DNA of 64,000 bases from Mobula hypostoma (GCF_963921235.1 NC_086097.1:156738001-156802000), one strand, 5' to 3'; positions 49,046 through 61,742 are shown, counted from the stretch's first letter. The notes: generated from the sequence alone by a model not told the origin. Made by a program: numbers and translations.

Positions 49046-50691
49046 AACCACATCTTGTGAGCTGTGAGGTGGTTTAATCTCGTTATCTGAGCAGAAATGT
49101 TCTTGCAATGATGAAGAGCAGCAAAGCCTAGGCAGGGCTAAAAAATACAGAGATATTTGAATGATTGAGCTTACCTTTAACAGAGCTCAGCTGAATGTTG
49201 ATGGCATCAATGAATCCTGACGCAGAGAGATGTTCCCAGTGGTTGAGAGATTCAGAAACTGAAGGTCACACCCTAAAACCGTGGGCCTGAGTTGAGGAGA
49301 AATTTCTTCACTGAAAGACTGATCCTTTACCACAGAAAGCACTTGATGCCAAATCACTAAATCTTTTCAAGAAGAAGTTAAATGCAGTTCTAAAATCTAA
49401 AGTATTAAAGTAGCATGTGGAGAAAGAAGGAAATGAGCACTGAATTTGAATAATCAATCACAATCATGTTAAATGTTACAATAGGCTGAAAGCGCGGAAT
49501 GCAGTCCTCCTGCTCTAAAATTTCTCTGCTGAACTCCATTGACAAGTTTGCAGTAAATGAAACCGAACATGTTTGTATAATGCAAGTGTTAGACAGCATT
49601 CAAGCATGGCCTGGTGAGTAACAAATATAATTTATAAAATGTATGGTCATCTTCAACAAGAGAGTGAATAAACATCTGTTTGTAATTGTCAGTACGGTTT
49701 CTACCTCTGATTTCCTAAACTTCATCCTTATCTGGTTCACCACTTACTCACCAGAAAGTCACCTGTACCAACCAAGTACTGCAACTATATGAGTAGGTCA
49801 GAAATTGGATACTCTACACCAAATGGCTTACTTCTTACATTCAAAATCCATTCCATCGTTTACAAACCACAAGACAAAAAAAGTGATGGATTTTTTTCCA
49901 CTCAGCTGGATACGTACCAATTGATCCATAGACAGGAAGCTGACAACATCCAGGACACAGCAAGCTGTTCAATTAGTATCCCACCCACCACCTGAATTCT
50001 CTATATCACTATCACAGAGTGATTGTAGTATCTACCAGAACACAGAACATAGAACAGTACAGCAAAGGAACAGACCATTAAACCCATAGTGTTGTCATAG
50101 AATCATAGGGTCATAATAGAGTACTACAGCACTAAAACTGTCTAATGAGTCTATGGCAACCTGGTCTTCTGCCTGGACCCATCAATGCCAAACTAATTAT
50201 AAATAGTTAGTTATAAATAGCTATCTAAACCAATTCTTCAGCCTGCACAGTGTCAATATTCCTCTATTCTTTGCACATTCATATGCTTATCTGAGGGTCG
50301 TTAGATACTATCTACAATATATTCTCCTAGATTATTCCAATGTCATCTTCCAAGCACCATTAAGAAGAAAAAAACCAATAGGTCGTCACTTTACCCTAAA
50401 GACAAAACTGAAGTCAGTTGTTGTTAGAACCTCACATATGAACTTATAACATATCCCTTATCAACATCACAGGTGCAGAGTATCACAGATCCATTCATTA
50501 TTTATGAAGAAGAATGTAGTTGAGTCTCTTTTCCAGGAGCAGCAAGGTATTTAATTCGGACGTTATTGTCAATGATTTAGTATATAGCAAAAACATGTTA
50601 TAAATGTTGCATCATTTGTATTCATTGAAATCCCACATTCTGATTTGATACTTATATTAAATTTACAAATTACTTAAAAACTACTAGTATT

Positions 50692-51530
50692 TTAAGATGT
50701 TTGCTGGCCTGGGCTAGCATCAGTGGCATCAGCAGTTGGTCTGCTACCTGCCCTCAGGGGAAGGAGAGATAAGGAACAATGGAGCAGCGTCTGGAGATGT
50801 GTAATGAAGGGACGGGGGAGAGAGAGCTGTCTGGAGCGGCTCCCCCCTTTGAACCCTGAACTGTTTGAAGTGATGGACAGGCGATACCCCAGCAGGGGGA
50901 TAAAAAGGGACAGGTTCGCTAAGACAGGGACACACGCCACCCGAGGTAACGAGACCCTGGAAGCGGTGCGCCTCTCACGAGTGGGTGAGAAGCATCAGAC
51001 AACGGCCAGGGTGGAAAGGTACGATCAGCGGGAACCCGGTGTGTGTCCGCCCTTGCCTGGGTGCCGGGTTCACTGCAGAGGATCGACCGCATCTGGAGGA
51101 GGGGTCACAGTCGGTGACCTCAGGTGACATCACCAAGGACCCGCCCAAAAGCTGTTTGTGAGCCATCTCGCTGGTCTGTGAGTGAAGCCGTGTTCTGAAT
51201 GATCAGTTGTTCCTATTCTATGTCTCTCTTCCCCCACCTTGTCCATCGCCATGGCAACGATTACTGCGAACTGAACTACTAACTGGACTGAACTTTGAGT
51301 CATTTTGAAATTGGTCATTTACCCCTAGACAACGATAGAGCTTGATTGATGCTGTTATCTTAATTCTGTGCACATGTGCGTTTATCATCGCTGAACTGTT
51401 GCATTTATTATCCTTTCGATTAATGTGTTGCTTGTTTCTTTAATAAAACTTTCTTAGTTCTAGTACTCCAGACTCCAACTGAGTGATCCATTTCTGCTGG
51501 TTTGGCAACCCAGTTACGGGGTACGTAACA
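50692..51530 (+). repeat. 5' LTR, lacking the first 22 bp
   Basis: Matches 54710-55547 with about 7 differences seen by eye; ends CGTAACA. Confidence 0.95.
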
Positions 51531-51534
51531 TAAG

Positions 51535-51560
51535 TGGGGTTCTCGTCCGCGATTTTGAAC
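51535..51560 (+). promoter_or_regulatory. Primer-binding site, imperfect tRNA-Pro complement
   Basis: TGGGGTTCTCGTCCGCGATTTTGAAC versus the canonical TGGGGGCTCGTCCGGGAT. Confidence 0.75.
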
Positions 51561-51629
51561 GCTAAATTTGGGACGGAGTAAATTGATTGGGTTAAAATTC
51601 CCGAAAGAAAGAAAAGACAAACAGCAGAA

Positions 51630-54032
51630 ATGGAGGTTGAGGAATTTATAAAGGCGCCGACCTTGGAGGCATTAGAGGATGCCAGGAAATCGGAATTGAT
51701 AGCTGTGGCCAAACGGGTGAATCGTGCTAAGGTGAAGTCGACAATGAGGAGAGAGGAGATACACAGAGCTATTGTAGAGCACTATGTATCTAAAGGTGTG
51801 TTTCCCCAAGGTGAGCTGGGGGAGGTGTCTATTGAAAAACCTGCTGGAGACGCGGTACAGGTACAGCTTGAAAAACTGAGACTCGAGCACGAGTTCCGGG
51901 TACGGCAGTTAGAACACGAAGAGAAAGAGAGAGAGTTAGAAAGGCGGGAGAGAGAGAAAGAGTTAGAAAGGCGGGAGAAAGAGAGAGAGTTAGAAAGGCG
52001 GGAGAAAGAGAAAGAGGTAGAAAGGCAAGAGAGAGAAAGACAGTTGGAGAGAGAGGAGAAACAGAGGGAAAGGGAATTTGAGCTGGAGAAGTTAAAGATA
52101 AGGGCCGAGCAGGGGCTCGTGCCGAACCAAGGTGGAGGGTTCCGGGCGACCCAGGAGGTTAGGCTGGTTCCCCCATTTGACGATACCAATGTGGATCGGT
52201 ACTTTCTCCATTTCGAAAAGGTGGCTATAAGTCAGGACTGGCCGAGGGATAAGTGGGTTGTTTTACTTCAGAGTGTACTGAAAGGGAAGGCCCAAGAAGC
52301 TTACTCAGCTTTGTCCGCGGAAGATGCCCAGAAGTATGAGGTGGTGAAAGAGGCCATCCTCAGGATTTATGAGTTGGTCCCGGAGGCATACCGGCAGAGG
52401 TTCCGGAATGCGAGGAAGCGGTGGGACCGCACGTATTTGGAGTTTGCTCGTGAGATGCAAACATATTGTGAGCGTTGGTGCGCCTCTAAGGGGGTAGAGG
52501 GGGATTATGACAGACTGCTACAACTGATTCTGATTGAGCAGTTTAAAGGTTGTGTCCCTGAGGGTATGAGACCCTACCTCGATGAGAAAGAGGCAGCCAC
52601 GTTAGCCGCAACTGCTAAGTTAGCGGATGAGTATGCGTTGACGCATAAAATGAAGTTTGCCCCGAGTAAAGGCTACCAGAAGGGTAGTCAGGACGGCGGG
52701 GAGAGTCCGCCGGAAAAGTCAGAAAGTAAGCCGGGGACTAGTGAAAAGGATAAGGTAGACCGGGAGCAGTCTGGTAGGAAGTCTCCTGGGGTCGTCTGTT
52801 ATAATTGTGGGAAAGTCGGACACTTTGCGTCCAGGTGCTTTGCCCCAAGGAAGGAGACGGGGAAAGGAAAAGCGGAAATTTTGAATGGCTGTATCGAGCT
52901 GTTAAGCGAACCGCTAGGGAAGGACAGGTCTGAAAAAGTCCAGGAAGGGCGCGAGAGGTTTATCTCGGCTGGACTGGTGTCAGTGAAAAAGAGGTTAAAA
53001 CCAGTTCCAGTGCGGATCTGGAGAGACACGGGAGCGTGTCAGTCACTAATACTGAAGAGTGTATTAGAGTTTAGCTCAGAGACCCAGACTAGGGAGGTAG
53101 AGGTCAAAGGTGTTGGGGAAGGGACAGAGTCAGTCCCTTTGCACCAGATACATTTACAGAGCAACCTGGTCTCTGGACTAGTCACGATCGGGGTGAGGTC
53201 CGAATTACCGATGAAAGACGTGGAAGTCTTGCTCGGTAATGACATCGCCGGAGGAATCGTGTTCCCAGTCGTGAGATTGACGGGTCAGCCTGCCAGCATG
53301 GAGGCCCCGCCCGCGATGGTGAATTTGGCTGAAACATTTCTGCCAACCTTGTATGAGACAGGGTGTAGTGAGATAAGAGGTAGTGAGGGAGCTGGGACGG
53401 ACGTAGCAGTAGCCAGGAAAGAATTTGTGCAGACGCAGGAGCGAGACGAAGGGCTGATGGTTTTTGCCGAGACCGCTCTCTCTGACACAGCCTTGACAAG
53501 CTATTGTGCGGATGAGGAAGTGCTAAGGAAGAAAGGGAAATCAAGTACAGCATCCGCCGACGAGGAGTGGGGGGTGGTGCAAAAGAGTTATGGGGATGAG
53601 GTTTTTAAAATGGCCCACGAGGTACCCCCCGGTGGACATCTTGCGGTGCTGGAGGAAACAGTTGGTGGAATCATGAAAGAGATTTACCGGCTGCCCAGGG
53701 GGAAGAATGTTATTGATCATGACCGACGCGAACTGAGACGGTCACCGGCTTTTGATATGCTAACAAACCTAGTCGGTGTTAGCGTGGAAATCAATGAAGC
53801 TAGGGGCCCCTTGATAAGAGGAAAAAACCATTTTGAAAAGATTAGGATGGGATCGGTCAGATGGGAGAAGGCTATTGTTTTGGCCAGGTCTACTGATAAG
53901 GTCTCTCCCTTAATCCCCGAACAAAGCGAATCTTTAGAAGGAGTAATTAAACGACTCGCACCTATGTGTTTGATTGTCCCGAGGAAATGCAAAGAACTGG
54001 GACGTTGGGTTATGTCTGTTACAATAGGGTAG
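51630..54032 (+). CDS. Gag (E/R coiled coil, SCAN domain, CCHC knuckle), aspartic protease and vestigial pol
   Basis: 800 aa; PEAYRQRFR...LILIEQF...ADEY (SCAN), CYNCGKVGHFASRC, RDTGA, AHEVPPGGH (first half of the integrase HHCC). Confidence 0.88.
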   Translation: MEVEEFIKAPTLEALEDARKSELIAVAKRVNRAKVKSTMRREEIHRAIVEHYVSKGVFPQGELGEVSIEKPAGDAVQVQLEKLRLEHEFRVRQLEHEEKERELERREREKELERREKERELERREKEKEVERQERERQLEREEKQREREFELEKLKIRAEQGLVPNQGGGFRATQEVRLVPPFDDTNVDRYFLHFEKVAISQDWPRDKWVVLLQSVLKGKAQEAYSALSAEDAQKYEVVKEAILRIYELVPEAYRQRFRNARKRWDRTYLEFAREMQTYCERWCASKGVEGDYDRLLQLILIEQFKGCVPEGMRPYLDEKEAATLAATAKLADEYALTHKMKFAPSKGYQKGSQDGGESPPEKSESKPGTSEKDKVDREQSGRKSPGVVCYNCGKVGHFASRCFAPRKETGKGKAEILNGCIELLSEPLGKDRSEKVQEGRERFISAGLVSVKKRLKPVPVRIWRDTGACQSLILKSVLEFSSETQTREVEVKGVGEGTESVPLHQIHLQSNLVSGLVTIGVRSELPMKDVEVLLGNDIAGGIVFPVVRLTGQPASMEAPPAMVNLAETFLPTLYETGCSEIRGSEGAGTDVAVARKEFVQTQERDEGLMVFAETALSDTALTSYCADEEVLRKKGKSSTASADEEWGVVQKSYGDEVFKMAHEVPPGGHLAVLEETVGGIMKEIYRLPRGKNVIDHDRRELRRSPAFDMLTNLVGVSVEINEARGPLIRGKNHFEKIRMGSVRWEKAIVLARSTDKVSPLIPEQSESLEGVIKRLAPMCLIVPRKCKELGRWVMSVTIG
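51933..52040 (+). repeat. Four 27-bp coding tandem repeats (ELERREREK-like)
   Basis: GAGTTAGAAAGGCGGGAGA... unit repeated. Confidence 0.85.
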
Positions 54033-54567
54033 CCCAGTAAAGAACACTCATATATATTGAGTAATTCAGTGACTAAAGGGCTGATGACCACAGAGGTGTG
54101 TATTGGCAATTTAATACGGCTGTCTGAAGCCAGTTTGATAGTGAACCTTGAAAAAAATGAATTCGGCCACACGAGGGTCACCTACCTGGGAATTGTGGTG
54201 ACACAGGGGCAGCTGGCAGTGATGCAAGCTGCAGTGCAGGCTATCGCTGACCTCCCAACCCCGACAGACAAGAGAGCCCTCAGAAGGCTCTTGGAGATGG
54301 TGGGGTACTGCAGGAAGTTTTGCAATAACTCTGCGGTCAATACCCGTCCCCCTCCTACTAAGCCCTTGCGAAAGAAAATTGAGTCGGAATGGGACGACCC
54401 TTGTTGTTGTGGTCCGGGACAAAACCAAATGAGAGGTTACATTGGTCGCAATTCATCAGTGTTTTTGGCCACTATGAAGTTTGCTGAGTTGGAGCCTGGT
54501 CTAAGGGATTATTAATAACACGTGTAAAAGGAACAGAAAATGTGATGACTGTCTGTCAAGGTGTTGA
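54033..54567 (+). pseudogene. RT and RNase H remnants
   Basis: LIVNLEKNEFGHTRVTYLG, PTPTDKRALRRLLEMVGYCRKF, VKGTENV..DCLSR; no YxDD. Confidence 0.8.
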
Positions 54568-54675
54568 CAGCTTCAAATTCTCTGTATTAGCTAAATAACT
54601 GTTAAAGATGTATATTGTGTATGTATCAGATAATGTAGTCATGTTTGTAATTTTTACCTCCCGGTAAAAATCCTT

Positions 54676-54687
54676 AAAGGGGGGAAG
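54676..54687 (+). promoter_or_regulatory. Polypurine tract
   Basis: AAAGGGGGGAAG directly before the TG of the 3' LTR. Confidence 0.88.
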
Positions 54688-55547
54688 TGTGACGAGAATA
54701 CACATAAAATTAAGATGTTTGCTGGCCTGGGCTAGCATCAGTGGCATCAGCAGTTGGTCTGCTACCTGCCCTCAGGGGAAGGAGAGATAAGGAACAATGG
54801 AGCAGCGTCTGGAGATGTGTAATGAAGGGATGTGGGAGAGAGAGCTGTCTGGAGCGGCTCCCCCCTTTGAACCCTGAACTGTTTGAAGTGATGGACAGGC
54901 GATACCCCAGCAGGGGATAAAAAGGGACAGGTTCGCTAAGACAGGGACACACGCCACCCGAGGTAACGAGACCCTGGAAGCGGTGCGCCTCTCACGAGTG
55001 GGTGAGAAGCATCAGACAACGACAAGGGTGGAAAGGTACGATCAGCGGGAACCCGGTGTGTGTCCGCCCTTGCCTGGGTGCCGGGTTCACTGCAGAGGAT
55101 CGACCACATCTGGAGGAGGGGTCACAGTCGGTGACCTCAGGTGACATCACCAAGGACCCGCCCAAAAGCTGTTTGTGAGCCATCCCGCTGGTCTGTGAGT
55201 GAAGCCGTGTTCTGAATGATCAGTTGTTCCTATTCTATGTCTCTCTTCCCCCACCTTGTCCATCGCCATGGCAACGATTACTGCGAACTGAACTACTAAC
55301 TGGACTGAACTTTGAGTCATTTTGAAATTGGTCATTTACCCCTAGACAACGATAGAGCTTGATTGATGCTGTTATCTTAATTCTGTGCACATGTGCGTTT
55401 ATCATCGCTGAACTGTTGCATTTATTATCCTTTCGATTAATGTGTTGCTTGTTTCTTTAATAAAACTTTCTTAGTTCTAGTACTCCAGACTCCAACTGAG
55501 TGATCCATTTCTGCTGGTTTGGCAACCCAGTTACGGGGTACGTAACA
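54688..55547 (+). repeat. 3' LTR, 860 bp
   Basis: TGTGACG...CGTAACA termini. Confidence 0.96.
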
Positions 55548-56044
55548 AAAACTACTAGTATTTCTTTTTATATGCCACAGTTTAATGCTGATCCATGAAA
55601 TGGCAGAGAGATGAAAATCTATAGCCCCTTATATGACAGCTCATAAAGTTCTTGCAAACAGCACCATAGACTGTAAACAATGAGTCACAAGTGCTAGCAT
55701 TAACACTGGTGTGGACACCAGAGAGTTATCTGTGAATAAATAAGTGATAATAGCCATTTCCCAACTGTTGTTTATATATATATATATATATATATCTGAA
55801 GTAGATGCTATTACAATCTGGTGATTGTCATGAATAGTGCTCTGAAACTTCTAGGGTAAGTTCAATAATCACAAATGTGTGACGGTTACTAGGTTTTGAT
55901 GAATTGCAGTTGGGAGGAGGTATATGGGGAGGATAAACATTGATATGTGATATACCAGATGAACTGAAAGCCTTCTTTAATTTCTATGTAATTGCATAAA
56001 AAAGTTTCTTAAGCTTGTCAGAGCCAGGGAGTTGTGTGGGTGGG

Positions 56045-56552
56045 GTGCGGGGAATTGTTAGTGGGGATACACTCCTACTACCTATTAAATGCTCCCAACG
56101 GCGTGCATCTCAAATAGCCTCTGACAACCAAGTCCAGCTCCTGGCCTATGCACATGGCTTGTTGAGAAGCCCAGCAGAACCATTTCTACTAACAAGAGAA
56201 GGGGCAAAGGTGGGCTACTAGTAACTTAAAATCAATCACTTTGGCCAGATGGGGCTCATCAGCTGTGGTTGGCAACTCACCTAGGAGAAGGAAAACTCTG
56301 ATCACAAACCTCCACTGGTTTGCGACGTTACCCATTCAGGAGCAAATCCTATGAAAAATCCAGAGTTGGAGTCCCTAATGCAGTCCTATGTTGAATTCAA
56401 TGCTGACTGGCAACCCCTGCAACACCACTAGTGCCAAACTGTATCCATCTCTGCCATTCCTTTGAATTCATCAGTTGTATGGAGAGGGGGGAGCCTTTTG
56501 CATAGGTAACATGTGCTCTCCATATTGTACAGTCTTGGCTTGTGCACTGGCT
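56045..56552 (+). mobile_element. Non-coding RTE-5'UTR-like repeat
   Basis: Second copy at 42201-42622; RTE assignment is from recalled similarity only. Confidence 0.6.
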
Positions 56553-56619
56553 TGAGTATCAGCTGATCGAGATCCCAATGCAAGTCATGACTGTCTTACT
56601 TGCTGTCCACTACATTCCC

Positions 56620-57925
56620 AATCTTGGTTTCATCCACAAATTTACTGATCCAATTAACCACATTATCAGCCAGATTATTGACATAGAAGGGAAGCAACAA
56701 ACCCAGCGGTGCTCCATTCGTCACAGGCCTCCATTCAGAGACGCAACCATCTACTACCATTCTCAGGTTTCTCTTACAAAACCAATGTCTAATGCAATTT
56801 ACTATCTCATCCTAAACGCCAAGTGACTGAACCTTCTTCACCAATTTCCAGTGTGGGACCTTATCAAATGCCTCACGAAAGTTCATGCAGGCAACATCCA
56901 CCGCCTTGCCTTCATCAACTTTCCTGGTAACTTCCTCAAAAATCTCTATAAGATTGGTTAGACATGACCTACCATACACAAAGCCATGCTGACTATCCTT
57001 AATCAGTCATTTCTATCCAGATATATATCTGGTCCCTTAGAAATACTTCCAATAATTTTCCTACTACAGATGTCAGGCTCATCAGCCTATAAATTCCTGT
57101 TTTTTTCCAGAACCTTTTTTAAATGGTGGAAAAACATCGGCTAAACTCCAATCTTCTGGTACCTCATCAGTTGCTAAGAATGATTTAAACATCTGCCAGG
57201 GCCCCGGCAGTTTATGCACTTGCCTCCTGTGGTATCTGAGGGAGCACCTTGTCAGGGCCTGGGATTCATCCACCCTAATTTGCTACAAGACAGCAAACAC
57301 CTTCTCCTGTATTATCTGTATAGAGTCCATGAAGTTGATGTCATTTCATCTTACTTCTGTAGACTCTGGGTACATCTCCTGAGTAAATACCGATGCAAAA
57401 ACTGCATTTAAGATCTGTCCCATCTCTTTTGGCTCCACACATAGATTACCATTCTGATCATCCAGAGGACCAATTTTGCCCCTTGCAATCCTTTTGCTCT
57501 TTTCATATCTGTAGATATGTAGAACCCTTAGGATTCTCTTTCTCCTTGGCTTCTAAGGCAACTTCATGCATTTTTTAGCCATGCTGATTTCTTTCTTAAG
57601 TGTTCTCTTACATTTTTTATACTTCATAAGCACCTTATTTTGTTCCTACCTGCCTATACCTGCAATGCACCTCCTTTTGTTTCTTAACCAGGGCCTCAAT
57701 ATCTCTTGAAAACAAAGGTTCCCTACATCTGTTATCATTACCATTTATTCTAATGGTCAAATACAGGCTTTGTAATCCCAAAATTTCACTTTTGAAGGCC
57801 TTCCACTTATCAAGTACACCTTTGCCAGAAAGCGGCCTGTCCCAATCCACACTTGCCAGATCCTCTCTGTTACCATCAAAATTGGCCTTTCTCCAATTTA
57901 GAATCTGAATCCACGGACCAGGGCT
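56620..57925 (-). mobile_element. Degenerate CR1 ORF2 fragment
   Basis: LATDEVPEDWSLADVFPPFKKG and AFDKVPH-like remnants. Confidence 0.8.
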
Positions 57926-58555
57926 ATTGTAATGTATATTTACTTTGAAACTATTTTTGAGTGATTATATGTTCCTCAATTTACAAATACATATAGTATT
58001 TTGGAAACAAATGTATGCCACTAGTAATGAAGTGTGTAACTACCAAACTGTTTTGAAAAAAAAACATCTGATGCTTTCATCTCATTGCATAACAAAATAT
58101 ATCTGATAATCAGTCTTAAGTGCAAAATAAAATAGAAGCCACAGCATAAATCATGCAACAGATCATGTAAAATCCCAGATTTAATGAGAAATTACTCCAC
58201 GATTCTCAAGAGTGTAATGGAAGATGTGAGAATCTACTTCCTGGATAGCAGCCGACACTGAACCAGAATGAATCAGAACAAAAACAATGGAATTTACCTT
58301 TTGAAACAGAAGTTATTTGAGTAAAATAATAAGAATTCCCTCACCACATTTTTTCTGTTTCCCAAATAAGTTATGAGGCTTGAAAAGTTTAAGAGTTTTA
58401 TGCTGGTAGAGAAGAGAATCAATTGTACTTCAGTTATGTTGATCAGGCTGACAGGTAATATTGACACTTGATCTGAGTAGCAATTATATTAATTTTTTCA
58501 ACTGCAAACAAATTATATTTAAAATGAACATCTTACTCCAGTTTTCCAGCATACT

Positions 58556-59778
58556 TAACTGGTGTTCTGCAGGGGTCGGTGTTGGGACCACTTCTTTTTA
58601 TGCTGTATATAAATAATTCATATGATAGAACACGCAAACACGAAGAATTCTGCAGATGCTGGAAATTCAAGCAACACACATCAAAATTGCTGGTGAACGC
58701 AGCAGGCCAGGCAGCATCTCTAGGAAGAGGTACAGCTTACGTTTCGGGCCGAGACCCTTCATCCCGACAAAGAGTCTCGGCCGGAAACGTCAACTGTACC
58801 TCTTCCTAGTGATGCTGCCTGGCCTGCTGCATTCACCAGCAACTTTGATGTGTGTTATTATATGATAGAATAGATGGCTTTGTTGTCAAGTTTGCAGTTG
58901 ATATGAAGATTAATGGAGTGGTAGGTAGTGTTGAGGAAACAGGTAGGATGCAGAAGGACTTAGACAGATTAGGAGAATGAGCAAGAGAATGGAAAATAAA
59001 ATACAACGTTGGAAAATGCATGGTCATGCACTTTGGTAGTAGAAACAAATGTGCAGTCTATTTTCTAAATGAGGAGAAAATCCAGGAATCTGAGATGCAG
59101 AGGGACTTAGGCATCCTTGTGCAGAACACTCTGAAGGTTAGTCAGTGGTGAAGAAGGCAAATATCATTTCAGCATTCATTTCAAGTGGTCTAGAATACAA
59201 CAGCAAGGATGTGATTCTGAGGCTTTATAAGGCCTCACCTTGAGTATTGTGAACAGTTTTGGGCCCCTCATCTTAATAAAGATGTGCTGGCATTGGAGAT
59301 AGTTCAGAGGAGGTTCACAAGGATAATTCCAGGAATGAACGGGTTACCATACGAGGAACGCTTGATGGCTCCGGGTCTGTACTCGCTCGAATTCAGAAGG
59401 ATGAGGGAGAATCTCATTGAAACCTTTCAAATGTTGAAAGGCGAAGGATGTTTCCCGTGGTAGGAGAGTCTACGGCAAGAGGGCACAGCCTCAGGATAGA
59501 GGGGCACCTTTTCAAAACAGAGATGCAGAGAAATGTCTTTAGCCAAAGGGTGGTGAATTTGTGGAATTTGTTGCCATATGCAGCTCTGGAGGCCAGGTTG
59601 TTGTATTTAAGGTAGATATTGATAGGTTCTTGATTGGCCATGGCATCAAAGGTTACGGGGAGAAGTCCGGGAACTGGAGTTGAGGAGGAGTAAGCAAAAA
59701 AGGATCAGCCATGATTGAATGGCGAAGCAGACTTGATGGGCCAGATGGCCTAATTCTGCTCCTATGTCTTGTGGTCTT
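58556..59778 (+). mobile_element. Degenerate CR1 RT and 3' end
   Basis: GVLQGSVLGPLLFMLYIN, KCMVMHFG, CR1 3'UTR. Confidence 0.85.
58631..58857. mobile_element. Penelope-derived inverted-arm mini-insertion inside CR1 RT
   Basis: TSD ATATGATAGAA at 58620-58630 and 58860-58870. Confidence 0.88.
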
Positions 59779-60009
59779 AACATATTGAGCAGATAAACAT
59801 GGTCTCAAATTTTAAATCAATTTGAGCTCATTTACTGAAATGATAAAAAATTGATTAAAGAAACAGCATAAAAGCATCCATTTCAAAATAATGTAATATA
59901 TAAATATATATAGTATATAGTATTATATGATAATATATAAAGTAATAAAAAGTAAAATGATATATAGCATTTCTTTTGTTTCAATTATTATTCAGATATC
60001 AACTTCTGC

Positions 60010-61567
60010 CTGAGAAGTGACTTAGATACACTCAAATTTGCGTAACAGAGCAACAGGTGCCATTTCATTGGCTATTCACTCAACGCTGGAAAATCTGGAG
60101 AGCAAAGGTGCATACATCAGGATGCTCTTTATCAATTATAGCTCTTCATTCAATACACCCCATCAAAACTAATCAATAAGCTGCTAGGCATTGGCTTCAA
60201 TGCATCCTTGGGCAATTGGATCCTTGATTTTCTCACTTGCAGACCCCAGTCAGTTCAGTTCGGCAACAATATCTCCTCCACAATCTCCATCAGCACAGAT
60301 GCACCACAAGGCCGTGTGCTTAGCGCTTGCTCTGCTCACATTACACTTATGACTGTGTGCCTAAGCATAGCCCCAGTGCCTTATAAATCAATATATACTG
60401 TAGGAGGAAGATTAAAAATCTGGCTGATTGGTGCTATAACAACAATATCTTACTCAATGTAAGCAAGACCAAAGAGCTGATTATTGACGTCAGTAGAGGA
60501 AATAAACCAGAGGTCATAAGCCAGTCCTCATGGGGGGATTAAAGGTGGAGAGGGTCAGCATCTCTAAATTCCTCAGTGTTATTATTTCAGAGGACCTTTC
60601 TGAACCCAGCTCGTAAGTGCAATTAGGAAGAAAGCACAGCAGCACCTCTACTTCCTTACAAATTTTCAAAGATTCAGCATGACATCTAAAACTTTGACAA
60701 ACTTCTGTGGATGCGTAGTGGAGAGTGTATTGACTGGCTGCTTCACAGCCTGGTATGGAAACATCAAATTCCTTGAACAGAATATCCTACACAAAGTAAT
60801 GGATACAGACAAGTCCATCATGGGTAAAGCCCTCCTCAGCATTGAGCACATCTACATGAAACACTGTTGCAGAAAGGAAGCACCCATCTTCAGCGACCCT
60901 CACCATACAGGACACGCTCACGTCTCACTGCTGCCATCAGAAAGAAGGTACAGGAGTCTCAGGACTCACACCACTAGGTTTAAGAATAGCTCCTACTCCT
61001 CAACCATCAGGCTCTGGAACTAAAGTTGATAATATTACTCAAGCAACACACATCAAAGTTGCTGGTGAACGCAGCAGGCCAGGCAGCATCTCTAGGAAGA
61101 GGTACAGTCGACATTTCGGGCCGAGACCCTTCAACAGGAGGGTCCTGACGAAGGGTCTCAGCCCGAAACGTCGACTGTACCTCCCTAGAGATGCTGCCTG
61201 GCCTGCTGTGTTCATCAGCAACTTTGATGTGTGGTGCTTGAATTTCCAGCATCTGCAGAATTCCTCGTATTTACGTTTTTAATATCACTCAACTTCACTT
61301 GTCCAATTACTGAACTATTCCCACAACCTATGGACACATTTTCAAGGATTCTTCATCTCATGTACTTGATACTTATTGCTTATTTCTTTCTTTTTGTATT
61401 TGCACAGTATGTTATTGTTTTTCACACTGGTTGAAAGTTGGTGTGGTTTTTCAATGAATCTGTAAGTTTTTTTTTATGGATTTAATGAGTATGCCCACAA
61501 GAAAATGAATCATGGGGTTGTATATGGTGACATACATGTACTTTGATAATAAATTTACTTTGAACTT
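60010..61567 (+). mobile_element. Degenerate Rex1/Babar-like LINE
   Basis: [35 protein letters not shown]; ends TTTACTTTGAACTT like 18430. Confidence 0.8.
61040..61279. mobile_element. Penelope-derived inverted-arm mini-insertion with hammerhead motif (61142-61175, +)
   Basis: TSD TAATATYACTCAA at 61030-61042 and 61280-61292, one mismatch. Confidence 0.88.
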
Positions 61568-61645
61568 CGTTTAAATTCATGTTACCTGCAATTTATTTTT
61601 CAACTGGTGTTGATACAGAAGGAAAAAAAATCACCTGCAATGTCC

Positions 61646-61742
61646 CAATATACATCAAAGTTGCTGGTGAACGCAGCAGGCCAAGCAGCATCTATAGGAA
61701 GAGGTGCAGTCGACGTTTCAGGCCGAGACCCTTCGTCAGGAC
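61646..61742 (-). mobile_element. Single-arm Penelope 3'-end insertion with intact hammerhead motif (61709-61742)
   Basis: TSD ACCTGCAATGTCC at 61633-61645 and 61741-61753. Confidence 0.88.

Larger units (their letters stand above)
50692..55547 (+). mobile_element. Non-autonomous Gmr1-like Gypsy LTR retrotransposon
   Basis: Two nearly identical LTRs, PBS, PPT, SCAN-containing gag, and pol remnants in PRO-INT-RT-RH order. Confidence 0.92.

Noticed and set aside
50723..51318. ORFs inside the LTR
   Set aside because: A 1-bp indel between the two LTRs changes some of them, and none shows a recognisable motif
51630..54032. Domesticated host SCAN gene
   Set aside because: It lies between near-identical LTRs with PBS and PPT and has no C2H2 array or introns
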